Positions 44,830 to 54,926 of a DNA stretch of 63,049 bases are shown piece after piece (the first letter of the stretch is position 1; each line of letters begins with the position of its first letter). A model generated the notes under the pieces. The model did no database searches. It was not told the origin of the DNA and saw only the letters and a program-made list of their open reading frames with translations. A program made the position numbers and the translations under genes. The stretch is from Chloroflexia bacterium (GTDB taxonomy: Bacteria > Chloroflexota > Chloroflexia > Thermomicrobiales > UBA6265): assembly GCA_013697005.1 (NCBI GenBank), contig JACCXM010000103.1, forward strand, positions 1-63,049, read 5' to 3'.

Positions 44830-45741
44830 GTGATCGAGGTCGTGCTGCTGGGAACGGGTGGCATGTTGCCGTTGCCAGAACGCTGGCTCTCGAGCTTGCT
44901 TATCCGCGTCAATGGCGCGTTTACGCTCTTTGATTGCGGCGAAGGGACACAGATTGCTTGGCGTGAGGCGGGTTGGAGTTTTCGCCGGCTCGCGGCGATC
45001 TGTTTCTCGCACACTCATGCCGACCATATCGCCGGACTACCCGGACTGCTCCATACCGTCGCCAACGCCGGGCGAATCGAGCCGATCGATGTGTATGGTC
45101 CGGCCGGAACGGCCGATGTGGTCAACGGTCTGCTCACCATTGCACCCGCATTACCGTATGAGCTCCGCGTAACGGAGTTCGCGGGTGGCGAGAGAATGAA
45201 GTTGCCGGGGGAGCTCCTTGGGTCGAGCGTTGCCGGTCAACACGAACTTCCGGTGCTGGCCTATCGCGTCGATCTTCCACGAAGTCGCGCGTTTTTGCCT
45301 GAGCGTGCCCGTCAGCTCGGTGTGCCGATCGCATTGTGGCAGCGGCTCCAGCGCGGCGAATCAGCGGAATGGGCGGACGGTAAGATTACGCCATCGCAGG
45401 TATTGGGTCCGGAGCGGAAGGGGTTGTCAGTCGCATATGTTACCGACACGCGGCCTCTGCCCGAACTGGTTGCGCTCGCGACCGGCGTTGACTTGCTGGT
45501 GTGTGAAGGAACATACGGCAGTGATGATGAGTTTCCCAAAGCCGTGCGCAATCAGCACATGACTTTTCGTGAGACCGCCACGATTGCGCGGGATGCCGGG
45601 GTCGGCCGGCTTTGGATTACGCACTTCAGCCCGGCGCTCCTCGATCCCGGAGCGTTTGCGGCAAACGCCGAGACAGTTTTTGCCGCGTCGACGGTCGGGT
45701 GGGACGGACTTTCGATGACCCTGGCTTTTTCGGAACGGTGA
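44830..45741 (+). CDS. rnz: Ribonuclease Z (metallo-beta-lactamase fold)
   Basis: VVLLGTGGMLP, LFDCGEGTQ, HTHADHIAGLPGLL, ITHFS. Confidence 0.85.
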   Translation: MIEVVLLGTGGMLPLPERWLSSLLIRVNGAFTLFDCGEGTQIAWREAGWSFRRLAAICFSHTHADHIAGLPGLLHTVANAGRIEPIDVYGPAGTADVVNGLLTIAPALPYELRVTEFAGGERMKLPGELLGSSVAGQHELPVLAYRVDLPRSRAFLPERARQLGVPIALWQRLQRGESAEWADGKITPSQVLGPERKGLSVAYVTDTRPLPELVALATGVDLLVCEGTYGSDDEFPKAVRNQHMTFRETATIARDAGVGRLWITHFSPALLDPGAFAANAETVFAASTVGWDGLSMTLAFSER

Positions 45742-45745
45742 TCCG

Positions 45746-46663
45746 TCAGTCCCCATGTCCCGAATCTCGATCGGCCAGCACCTGCGTCCGCTGGTACGCG
45801 GCGTACACCGCGCGCGAGAGAACCGTGCGCAGTCCGCCTTTTTCCATCTGATAGATTGCTTCGGCCGAGGTGCCGCCGGGCGAGGTCACCATGTTTCGCA
45901 ACTCGGCCATGTGCTTGCCGGAATCCCGGGCGAAGGCAACCGATCCGGAGACCGTCTGGAGAACGATTTGCTCGGCGATGCGACGGGGGAATCCCATGTG
46001 CACGCCGGCGTCGATGAGCGCCTCCATCATGAGAAACACATACGTGGGACCCGTGCCTGACAGCGCAGTGGCCATATCGACGTATTTCTCATCGGCTACC
46101 CACAACTCCTCGCCCAAGGCGTCCAGGACAGACTGAACGCGTCGTCGCTGCGCGGTAGGTACATCCGCAGTGCTCGTCCAGACGCTCATGCCTTGGCCGA
46201 CTTGGGCGGGAGTATTGGGCATAACCCGCACCACCGCCGCATGATGAAGTCCTTGCACGAGGACAGCAATGGCCGCGCCGGCGATGACGGAGACCACCAC
46301 TTGCTCTGAGCTCAAGCGGCCAGTGAGTTGGCGCATCACACTTTGCAACACCTGGGGTTTGATTGTGAGGAAAATGAGATCGACGTCTTGCGCCGCATGC
46401 TCATTACTTTCCGTTGTTCGGATGCCAAAGCGCTCCTCGAGCCAGCGCCGGCGATCTTCCCGAGGATGACTGACGATGATGTGATCCACTGGAATCATCA
46501 CCTTTTTGAGAAGTCCGGCGATCATCGACTCGGCCATGACCCCGGCCCCGACGAACGCAATCCGCGCACCGGCCAGGGGATTGTCCGTTGCGAGCAGATC
46601 ATCTTGCGCCGAAATCGCCAGTTCGGGCACGTGCAGCCTCCTTGAAGCGTCCTGTGCCACCAT
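45746..46663 (-). CDS. proC: Pyrroline-5-carboxylate reductase
   Basis: RIAFVGAGVMAESMIAGLL, LTIKPQ, SPGGTSAEAIYQMEKGGLR. Confidence 0.9.
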   Translation of the reverse strand: MVAQDASRRLHVPELAISAQDDLLATDNPLAGARIAFVGAGVMAESMIAGLLKKVMIPVDHIIVSHPREDRRRWLEERFGIRTTESNEHAAQDVDLIFLTIKPQVLQSVMRQLTGRLSSEQVVVSVIAGAAIAVLVQGLHHAAVVRVMPNTPAQVGQGMSVWTSTADVPTAQRRRVQSVLDALGEELWVADEKYVDMATALSGTGPTYVFLMMEALIDAGVHMGFPRRIAEQIVLQTVSGSVAFARDSGKHMAELRNMVTSPGGTSAEAIYQMEKGGLRTVLSRAVYAAYQRTQVLADRDSGHGD

Positions 46664-46733
46664 TGTAGCGAGGACCGGATCGACAATCCGTGATCCCTAA
46701 AATCTGCGTCTGTCATCCAGAAAGCGAGTCACC

Positions 46734-48809
46734 GTGTCTAACCGCCTGGCAACCGAAACGAGTCCCTACTTGCTGCAGCATGCCGAGAACCCGGTGGACT
46801 GGTTCCCATGGGGTGAAGAAGCGCTCGCCAAAGCGCGAGATGAGGACAAGCCGATCCTGGTCAGCATCGGCTACTCCGCGTGCCATTGGTGCCATGTCAT
46901 GGAACATGAATCATTCGAGAACGCGCATATCGCCAGTGCGATGAACGACCGCTTCGTCAACATCAAAGTTGACCGCGAAGAGCGCCCTGATCTCGATTCG
47001 CTTTACATGGCCGCGGTTCAAGCACTTACCGGACATGGTGGCTGGCCGCTGAATGTTTTCCTGACGCCCGATGGCACGCCATTTTATGGAGGAACCTATT
47101 TTCCCCCCGATGATCGCATGAGCATGCCCGGTTTCCCGAAAGTGCTGGAAGCCGTTGCCAATGCCTATCGAGAACGACGCGGTGAAGTCGAGGAAAATGC
47201 CCAGCAAATCCGCGACTTGCTACAACGGGCAACCAAAGAGCTGCCCAAACCAGATGATCTCTCTCCAGAGCTGTTGTCAGAAGCCGCGGAGCAACTGGCC
47301 CGATCGTTCGACGCCCGCAATGGAGGGTTCGGCGGCGCGCCGAAATTTCCGCAACCATCGGTTCTCGATTTCCTCCTGCGACACATTAAACGTGGAGGCT
47401 CACAGCGGGACATAGTGATGGTGCAGCGCACTCTCGACACTATGGCCAGTGGCGGCATCTACGATCAGATCGGCGGCGGTTTCCACCGGTACGCGGTCGA
47501 CGCGGTCTGGCTGGTGCCGCATTTCGAGAAAATGCTCTACGACAATGCCCAGCTCACTTCGCTGTATCTCGCAGGGTTCCAGTCGTTTGGTGATGATCGT
47601 TACCGGCGGGTCGCGGAGGAAACACTCGATTTTGTGGCGCGGGAGATGACCGGTCCGGATGGCGGCTTCTACGCAACGCTCGATGCCGACACAGCCGGAC
47701 ATGAAGGAACCTTCTACACCTGGACTGGCGAAGAGCTGGAGGAAACACTCGTCCCAGCCGACGCGGCTGTCGCCAAAATCTGGTTCGATGTCGAACCCGG
47801 CGGCAACTTTGAAGGCAGGACGGTTCTCGCCACCCCGAGAACTTTCGCTGATGTCGCGGACCGCCTCGACATTACAGATGCGGATGTGATCCAGTCGTTG
47901 GCAAGGATCATCCCATCGCTGCGAGAGGCACGGGAGACTCGCGATCGCCCCGGCCGCGATGAAAAGATCATCACTGCATGGAATGGTCTGATGCTGAAGG
48001 CGTTTGCGGACGGGTCACGCATTCTCGACCGGGCGGATTTTCGGCTGGTTGCGGGGCAAAACGCGAACTTCGTGCTTTCTCACCTCCAGCGCGATGGCCG
48101 CCTGTTGCGGAGCTGGAAGGACGGCGAAGCACGAATTCCCGGGTTTCTCGAAGACTATGCGTTCTTCGTCGATGGTCTCTTGAGTTTGTATCGCGCGACC
48201 CTCGACGTCAAATGGTTCGAGGAAGCGATCCGGTTAACTGACCTCACCATTGCAGAGTTCAGCAATCCCGAGGGCGCCGGTTTCTTCGATACCTCCCTGG
48301 CTCACGAAACTCCTGTTACCAGACCCCGCGATCTTCACGACGGCGCCACGCCATCCGGCAATGCGGTGTCCGCCGAAAATCTGTTGCGCTTGGGAGCGAT
48401 GACCGGGAATCACGACTACACCGAGCGCGGCAGCGATATCCTGCGCGTCATGGCGCGGACCATGCGAGAACATCCCATTGCCGCGGGTCGCTATCTTGGT
48501 GCCACCGACTTCGCGCTGGGTCCGACCAAGGAGTTGGCATTGGTGGGCGACAAAAACAGTGATGAACTTCAGGCCCTGGTCGATGTGACATACGAACGAT
48601 TCGAGCCAAACTTCATCGCCGGGTACGTTGCGTCCCATGGCGCTGACACAGCGAACAGAATGCCGTTCCTCCAGAACCGATCCGCTCGAGATGGGCGCGC
48701 TACGGCCTATGTCTGCGAGCACTTCGCATGTCTGCCCCCTACACATGAACCCGCCGAGCTGTCACGACAACTTGCCGAGGGAACGGGAATCCTCTGGCGC
48801 GACGTCTAG
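46734..48809 (+). CDS. Thioredoxin-domain (DUF255/YyaL-type) protein with C-terminal six-hairpin glycosidase-like domain
   Basis: [54 protein letters not shown]; 691 aa. Confidence 0.85.
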   Translation: MSNRLATETSPYLLQHAENPVDWFPWGEEALAKARDEDKPILVSIGYSACHWCHVMEHESFENAHIASAMNDRFVNIKVDREERPDLDSLYMAAVQALTGHGGWPLNVFLTPDGTPFYGGTYFPPDDRMSMPGFPKVLEAVANAYRERRGEVEENAQQIRDLLQRATKELPKPDDLSPELLSEAAEQLARSFDARNGGFGGAPKFPQPSVLDFLLRHIKRGGSQRDIVMVQRTLDTMASGGIYDQIGGGFHRYAVDAVWLVPHFEKMLYDNAQLTSLYLAGFQSFGDDRYRRVAEETLDFVAREMTGPDGGFYATLDADTAGHEGTFYTWTGEELEETLVPADAAVAKIWFDVEPGGNFEGRTVLATPRTFADVADRLDITDADVIQSLARIIPSLREARETRDRPGRDEKIITAWNGLMLKAFADGSRILDRADFRLVAGQNANFVLSHLQRDGRLLRSWKDGEARIPGFLEDYAFFVDGLLSLYRATLDVKWFEEAIRLTDLTIAEFSNPEGAGFFDTSLAHETPVTRPRDLHDGATPSGNAVSAENLLRLGAMTGNHDYTERGSDILRVMARTMREHPIAAGRYLGATDFALGPTKELALVGDKNSDELQALVDVTYERFEPNFIAGYVASHGADTANRMPFLQNRSARDGRATAYVCEHFACLPPTHEPAELSRQLAEGTGILWRDV

Positions 48810-48868
48810 AACTAGGGCGCGTCATGCGGGGTAGAATTGCTCGCGACGAATGACGCCACGATGAGCCG

Positions 48869-49660
48869 ATGCATACGAGACGTCGCATGCCCGATCTGTT
48901 CCTCGAATTGCGAGACGAGTCCGGCGGCGATGAACAAACCCCGGCCCCACTGCTCGAAGAAGACGCGCTGCTCCTGCTCCGGGAGGCGGAGTTCAGCGCC
49001 GCGCGCCTCATTCCCTGGGGATCCAATTATTCGTTTGCCGTTGCATTGGAAGCGTCTGACGGCCGATCACAATTGGCGATCTATAAACCCCAAGCAGGAG
49101 AAGTGCCTCTCTACGATTTTCCCGATGGCACGCTCTATCGGCGAGAGCTCGCCGCGTACCTCTTCAGCCGCTGGTCCGGATGGAATCTCGTTCCACCTAC
49201 CGTGGCACGAGACGGTCCGCGCGGCGTCGGTAGCGTTCAGATTTACATCCAACCTGAGGGCGATCACCCCGACCGGCTCGACTTCTGGGGCAGTCAGGAT
49301 CCGAGGGTCGAACGCCTCGTCATGTTCGACCATCTTATCAATAATGCTGACCGCAAGATCAGCCACTGTCTTCGTGACCGTGACGGAAAAGTTTGGGGCA
49401 TCGACCACGGTTTGACGTTCAATCGCGAGCCAAAATTGCGCACGGTGCTCTGGCAATTTGTTGGTGAGTCGGTATCGCCTGGATTGCTGGCCGAGCTGCG
49501 TTTGCTGGACGCGCGGAGCAGTGAATTGCGCGCCACACTCGCGAGGATCATCAGTCCCAGCGAAATCCAGGCGCTAGAACGGCGGATTTCGCACTTCGCC
49601 GAACATGGATGTTACCCGGTCCTGAGTACTCGCCGCAACGTTCCCTATGGTTGGTGGTGA
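48869..49660 (+). CDS. SCO1664-family (PI3/PI4-kinase-like) protein
   Basis: GSNYSFAVAL...AIYKPQAGEVPLYDFP...RRELAAY...DHLINNADRKISHCL...GIDHGLTF. Confidence 0.7.
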   Translation: MHTRRRMPDLFLELRDESGGDEQTPAPLLEEDALLLLREAEFSAARLIPWGSNYSFAVALEASDGRSQLAIYKPQAGEVPLYDFPDGTLYRRELAAYLFSRWSGWNLVPPTVARDGPRGVGSVQIYIQPEGDHPDRLDFWGSQDPRVERLVMFDHLINNADRKISHCLRDRDGKVWGIDHGLTFNREPKLRTVLWQFVGESVSPGLLAELRLLDARSSELRATLARIISPSEIQALERRISHFAEHGCYPVLSTRRNVPYGWW

Positions 49661-49669
49661 TCCAGCCGG

Positions 49670-51133
49670 TCAATGGCTGTACGAGGGTGTGCCGCTCGGC
49701 AGTGCGCGCCGTCCGGCCTCGTAATCGCCAACACGACGCCGGAAAATCCACCACATGAGCAGCGAGGCTGGGGTCGATGTAACGACGAAGCAGCTCCAGA
49801 CCCAACCCATCCCAGCATCAAAAAATCTGACTCCGATCCAGGCAAGAAGAACAGAGAGCCACATGGTTGATGCCCCGATGATGAGGGGTGTTCGGGTGTC
49901 ACCGCTTCCGCGCAGACTGCCGCTGCTGACAAACCAGACTGCCCAGAACGGCAGAGCGAAACTGAGCGCGTGCAGTGCGCTGACCCCGGACCCGATCACT
50001 ACTGGGTCGGACGAGAAGATGCCCATCAGCCGTTCGCTGAAAATGAAAACGAGCACACCGCCGATGCCAAGCCAGGCGATGGCCCAGCGCAGGGAGATGG
50101 ACCAGGCTTTGCGAGCATCGGCAGGGAGACGGGCGCCGATGCTTTGGCCAACGAGCGCCGTGGCGGTGATGGAAAACGCGATACCGGGCAGGAATGCGGT
50201 GGAAAGGGCGGTAAAGGCGATTTGCTGGGCAGCGAGCGCAGGTGTCCCGATGAGCGCAACCACCGCGAGCAGGACCATGAATGCTCCCGAGGAGAGCACT
50301 TGCTCCAATGCGGCGGGCACGCCCAGGGTCAGGAGCTGCCGAGCCGTCGCGACCCGAGGCCGCCATCCCCAATTACCCCGTAAGGAGATTGCGCGATGTC
50401 CGCGCGCCATCAGAATCAGCATAAACGCTGCCCCGAGTGCGCGCCCTGATGCGGCGCCTAGCGCGCTGCCTGCGACCCCGAGCGTCGGAAATCCGAAATT
50501 ACCGAAGATCAGCGTATAGGCCACAGCGATGTTCACGATGTTGGCGATCACCGCTGCTGCTAACGGCGTGCGGCTATCGCCAGCACCACGGAGAACCGCG
50601 CCACAGACGAAGGAGAGGAAGAGGGTGATACTCGTGGCGGCGATGATTTCCAGATAGGTAGTTGCCGCGGCCGCGACGTCCGGCTCGGTGCCGAAAAGCC
50701 CGATGATGCCTGGAGCGGCGAAGTAGAGGACAACCGACATCGGAATCGCCAGGACCAGCCCCCAGACGATCGCCTGACGTGCAAGCTGGTTCGCACGTTT
50801 CTTATCGCCCGCGCCGATTGCTTGCGAGACAAGAACAGTTGCACCGATATCGATGGCGGAGAGAATCGAGATGATGAAAAACACAAACTCGAATCCCGTG
50901 CCGACCCCGGCGACCGCCGCGGCGCCGAGCCGCGCCACCATGAAGGTATCGACGGCACCGACCATGGTTTGCAGGAGATTCTCGCCAATGATCGGGGTGG
51001 CCAGACCGAGAACCACCCGCTGTGTCATGGGCGCAGGTGGGCCGCTCATTTCTGCTTCAGGAAGGAGCGGTATGACCGAGGGAACCGCGGTCTCTTCGGC
51101 AATTTCGATCACATCGTCTACCGCGGTTGACAC
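49670..51133 (-). CDS. MATE family efflux transporter
   Basis: About 12 TM segments, with GLATPIIGENLLQTMVGAVDTFMVARLG and ALEQVLSSGAFMVL. Confidence 0.85.
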   Translation of the reverse strand: MSTAVDDVIEIAEETAVPSVIPLLPEAEMSGPPAPMTQRVVLGLATPIIGENLLQTMVGAVDTFMVARLGAAAVAGVGTGFEFVFFIISILSAIDIGATVLVSQAIGAGDKKRANQLARQAIVWGLVLAIPMSVVLYFAAPGIIGLFGTEPDVAAAATTYLEIIAATSITLFLSFVCGAVLRGAGDSRTPLAAAVIANIVNIAVAYTLIFGNFGFPTLGVAGSALGAASGRALGAAFMLILMARGHRAISLRGNWGWRPRVATARQLLTLGVPAALEQVLSSGAFMVLLAVVALIGTPALAAQQIAFTALSTAFLPGIAFSITATALVGQSIGARLPADARKAWSISLRWAIAWLGIGGVLVFIFSERLMGIFSSDPVVIGSGVSALHALSFALPFWAVWFVSSGSLRGSGDTRTPLIIGASTMWLSVLLAWIGVRFFDAGMGWVWSCFVVTSTPASLLMWWIFRRRVGDYEAGRRALPSGTPSYSH

Positions 51134-51434
51134 TGGGCCTCCCGACGCTGGCCTGGGTGATTATTAGTGCTGGATCATGGAGAACATCTGTTCTCGCGAA
51201 GGTGTCATCATACGTCCAAATCCGGGCATGGTAGGTCCGCTTTCGCGACCAGCGAGGATACTCCACGACGACGACGAAGGCACATCCCTGACGCTACTCA
51301 ACGCAGTGTGAGACGCGTCGTCAGGGTTCATGCAGGAAATGTGAAGGTTCCCAACATCGGCGTGCGGTACCCTGTCCAGGTGACGATGCCAATTGTCGTA
51401 TCTCTGTCAAGAATGTTCAGTTTCGGAGGTTACG

Positions 51435-51761
51435 GTGAATCGACGCGATAGCGGAGATGGTCGAAGAGGCGCCCGCATGCAGTGGGGAAGTTTTGGATTC
51501 GTCGCCGGCATTGTGTTGGGCGTGCTGCTCGGGTGGTTCTTCGCGGGTTTCATCGGGGCGTTTGTGCGGGTTGCTGTGGTCGCCATGGCACTCATCCCCC
51601 TCATTCTGCTTTTCATTGCGTGGCGAAAATTTATCTCACCGATTCTTCGCCCTCGGGTTGAGCAGGGGTATGGGGATCAACTCGGCGTCCCGCACGATAT
51701 CAGCGTGATCGAGACGCGAGCGGTCGTTCATTCTGGCACGAGGGAAACGCTGCCCCGGTGA
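51435..51761 (+). CDS. Small two-TM membrane protein, hypothetical
   Basis: GGAGG lies 6 nt before GTG 51435. Sequence WGSFGFVAGIVLGVLLGWFFAGFIGAFVRVAVVAMALIPLILLFIAW. GTGA overlap with the next gene. Confidence 0.5.
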   Translation: MNRRDSGDGRRGARMQWGSFGFVAGIVLGVLLGWFFAGFIGAFVRVAVVAMALIPLILLFIAWRKFISPILRPRVEQGYGDQLGVPHDISVIETRAVVHSGTRETLPR

Positions 51762-52558
51762 CGCCAGGGGCGAACGATCTCGTCATCATTTTTCAGTTGG
51801 CAACAGTAACGTTTTTCATCGGTCTTCTCATTGGATTCGTTGGTGCGGGGGGAGCGGGTGTTGCCGTCGCCATCTTGACGACGGTTTTCAGTTTACCAGT
51901 GCATACCGCGATCGGGACGGCGATCGCGGCGATGCTCTTTGTCACCGTTTCTGGCGCGATCTCACACTATCGGGAAGGCAACGTAGCATCCGGCTTGGGA
52001 CTCGTTGTCGGACTCGCCGGGGCAGCCGGCGCCGTGCTCGGCGCGGATTCTAGCCAAACCGTGTCCGATCGCACTCTCGGCATTGCCGCCGGGCTCGCGC
52101 TGTGGTGCCTTTCTGCACTCGTCTGGGTTCGCACGCACATCGCGAGCGGTGTTCCTGCCGATCGCGAACAGCCGTGGCTCGGTGGGCCTGCACGATCACC
52201 CCGAGAATGGGCGGCGGGAATCGGTCTAGGGGCGGCCGGCGGCGCGGCGGCCGCTTTTTTCGGGGTCGGCATGGCGCCATTTCTCCAGCTAGGACTTCTG
52301 ACCGTCCATCATCTGCCGTTGCGGCAGACGATTGGCACGACGATGTTGATTCTGGTCTTCATCAGTGCGGCCGGCGGTCTGGCGATGGCCCGCCATGGCG
52401 ACGTTTCGGGACCTCACCTGATCGGATTGACGATTGGGCTGGCGTCTGGCGCCTACATTGGCGCGCGATTCACCCGTCGCGCGCCGAGTGGCATTTTGCG
52501 CGGTGCCATCGTCACGATCCCGTTCGTGGCGGGCGCTATGCTCCTGTTCCTGCGCTGA
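51758..52558 (+). CDS. TauE/SafE (DUF81) family sulfite/anion exporter
   Basis: Two-repeat membrane protein; FVGAGGAGVAVAILT and FFGVGMAPF. Confidence 0.8.
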   Translation: MTPGANDLVIIFQLATVTFFIGLLIGFVGAGGAGVAVAILTTVFSLPVHTAIGTAIAAMLFVTVSGAISHYREGNVASGLGLVVGLAGAAGAVLGADSSQTVSDRTLGIAAGLALWCLSALVWVRTHIASGVPADREQPWLGGPARSPREWAAGIGLGAAGGAAAAFFGVGMAPFLQLGLLTVHHLPLRQTIGTTMLILVFISAAGGLAMARHGDVSGPHLIGLTIGLASGAYIGARFTRRAPSGILRGAIVTIPFVAGAMLLFLR

Positions 52559-52576
52559 TCCTAATCAAGACAGTCG

Positions 52577-53590
52577 TTACTTGCTGGTCTCGGCAACTTG
52601 AATTTTTAGCCCCGTGCCACTACGTACGTGCTGCAACGCGGCCGGGAACTCGTCAAGCGTGTACGTGTCCGTCACCATGCGATCGACGTCGATCGCGCCG
52701 GAGGCGATGATGTCGATGGCCGGTCCATAGGAATTGAGAACGGCCATGGTGCCGAGAATCGATATTTCTTCGTTATAGATTTTGAACGCATCGTAGCTGG
52801 CTTTCTCCCCAGGGGGGCAAACGCCAAAGAGGAGCAGCTTCCCGCGCCGCTTGACGGCATCAATTGCCATTTCCGCAACCTTGGTGACCCCGGTTGCTTC
52901 GATGACATTGTCGAATCCGCGCGGCGCGATTTCCTCCAAGTCTTCGAGACGTGTGGCCACATTCTCGAAACCGAACTCATTTCTCGCCCGGTCGAGGCGG
53001 CTGGGATTGATGTCGATCAGAGCAACGAGACTGGCCCCGTTGTAGCGAGCGACCTGGGCGTTCAGCAAACCCATTGGTCCCGCGCCGTAGGTGAGATACG
53101 TTTCACCCGTTTGCGGCTGCAATCGATGGAAGCCACGCACCACGCAAGAGACCGGCTCGATCAACGCGGCGGCTTTCATCGACAGCTTTGCCGGAATGGG
53201 ATAGACGACATGAGCGGGAACGGAGACGTACTCGGCAAACCCACCAGGGTGATGCCCGACCCCAACCGCATTCCAACGCTCGCAGAGATTTCCCATACCA
53301 CGCTGGCAGAAGTAGCAGGCGCCGCAGTTCAAGGTAGGATCGACACCGACTCGGTCGCCAACCTGGAACGATTCGACGTCGGCTCCGACTGCAACGACAT
53401 CGCCGCCGAACTCATGTCCGATCACGATCGGATAGACGGTCGGTGGGAACTCGCCATCGATGATGTGAATGTCAGTACCGCAGATGCCGCAGGCGCCGAC
53501 GCGAATGACGACATCATCGGGACCGGGTTCGGGCTTGGGGATGTCGAGCACCCTGACGGCGCCGGGCTCGTCGACCATGACTGCTTTCAC
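52577..53590 (-). CDS. Zinc-dependent alcohol/threonine dehydrogenase family oxidoreductase
   Basis: CGICGTDIH, GHEFGG, structural Zn motif CGACYFCQRGMGNLC, GAGPMG. Confidence 0.9.
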   Translation of the reverse strand: MKAVMVDEPGAVRVLDIPKPEPGPDDVVIRVGACGICGTDIHIIDGEFPPTVYPIVIGHEFGGDVVAVGADVESFQVGDRVGVDPTLNCGACYFCQRGMGNLCERWNAVGVGHHPGGFAEYVSVPAHVVYPIPAKLSMKAAALIEPVSCVVRGFHRLQPQTGETYLTYGAGPMGLLNAQVARYNGASLVALIDINPSRLDRARNEFGFENVATRLEDLEEIAPRGFDNVIEATGVTKVAEMAIDAVKRRGKLLLFGVCPPGEKASYDAFKIYNEEISILGTMAVLNSYGPAIDIIASGAIDVDRMVTDTYTLDEFPAALQHVRSGTGLKIQVAETSK

Positions 53591-53920
53591 GAGTATCCTC
53601 CATTGGCCTGGGTGTCTCGAGATCTGCCGCTGATGCGCCCGCGCCGAAAGCGGTCCATTCTACTTGAAGGCATCCGTCGATATTCGTGGCGCAAAATTTT
53701 TGTTCGCTATGAACCTCAGTGATGGCAAGATCGTTTCCACGATGGTCACTACAGACAGCGCGCACGCTCGTCGGCGAGAACGCTACACTGAGGTTGTGTC
53801 AGGTGGCTGTTGCCGCTAGGCTACCGACATCCCCGCCGTGAACGGACATGGCTTCGCAGGCCGCAGCATCGCGCTCGGCGTGTGCGGCCCGCCGATTCCG
53901 GAGCGAGGGCTGACCAAACG

Positions 53921-54883
53921 ATGGATTGGCGCCAGGGGCGGCAGCAGGACATTGCTCGCGGCGCGATAGTGCTTGCCGTTGCTGTTGCTATTGCACTCCT
54001 GATCGTTGGGGCGCGCCTTGGCAGTCAACGGTTCACATCACCGCCGCCCCCATCAACACCCGTTCCGACGGCGACACCAGTATCCACGCCGACGGCAACA
54101 CCCGAGCCGGCAACGCCGACGCCCCGTCCCCAACCACCAACGCCGACTCCCGCTCCCATTGCGGTGACGGGGGTCGATGACCTCTATGCGCAGGACGGCC
54201 GGGCGATCGTCTGCATCGATCCCGGTCACGGTGGTGAGGACTTGGGAAATGTGCTGGTGGAGGACGGTCGGATCGTATTGCAAGAGAAGGACTTTGTCCT
54301 GGAACATTCGCTGGCGCTGGCGGCGCGGCTGCGCGAGCGAGACTTCGAAGTGGTATTGACTCGAGATTCCGACACCGAGGTCAATCCGTCCAATGAGGAT
54401 GTCAATGGTGATGGTGAGGTCGCCCCGGAGGGCGGACCGGCCCGCACTGAGCAACTCGACGATCTGCAGGCCCGAGTGAATATTTGCAATCTTGCCAGCG
54501 CGGATCTTCTGGTTTCGGTTCATTACAACGGGGCGGAAAACGAATTCCTCCAAGGCTACGAAGTCTGGTTCAATGGAGATCGTCCGTTTAGCGGGCGCAG
54601 CGAAACATTCGCCACTTTGATGCACGAGGCTCTTGAGGACGCGTATGCCGGGGCCGGCTACGACGCTAACGATAGGGGGATTGGTCTCGAAGATCACGTG
54701 GTTACTGGTCCAGAGCGGCCGGGAGAGCTCATCCCAAGCGAAATGCCGGGCGCCGTGATCGAAGGGCTTTTTCTGTCCAACGCGGACGATGCCGCGTTCA
54801 TCCAATCGGATCAGGCGGAAGATTCACTGGTTGGCGCCTACGAAGAGGCCATCACGACGTATTTCGACGTATATCCTGGGTGA
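53921..54883 (+). CDS. N-acetylmuramoyl-L-alanine amidase (Amidase_3), membrane-anchored, paralog 1
   Basis: TM segment IVLAVAVAIALLIVGA, Pro/Thr linker, IVCIDPGHGGEDLG, ADLLVSVHYNG, EGLFLSN. ATG 53921 preferred. Confidence 0.85.
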   Translation: MDWRQGRQQDIARGAIVLAVAVAIALLIVGARLGSQRFTSPPPPSTPVPTATPVSTPTATPEPATPTPRPQPPTPTPAPIAVTGVDDLYAQDGRAIVCIDPGHGGEDLGNVLVEDGRIVLQEKDFVLEHSLALAARLRERDFEVVLTRDSDTEVNPSNEDVNGDGEVAPEGGPARTEQLDDLQARVNICNLASADLLVSVHYNGAENEFLQGYEVWFNGDRPFSGRSETFATLMHEALEDAYAGAGYDANDRGIGLEDHVVTGPERPGELIPSEMPGAVIEGLFLSNADDAAFIQSDQAEDSLVGAYEEAITTYFDVYPG

Positions 54884-54926
54884 CGCGCCCGCTTGGCGGT
54901 GGGGATGGTCGCGTGAGCGACGTGTG

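Noticed and set aside
52628-53722. 364-aa plus-strand ORF.
   Set aside because: It is antisense to the zinc-dependent dehydrogenase, which has unmistakable motifs (GHEFGG and the structural Zn cysteines).
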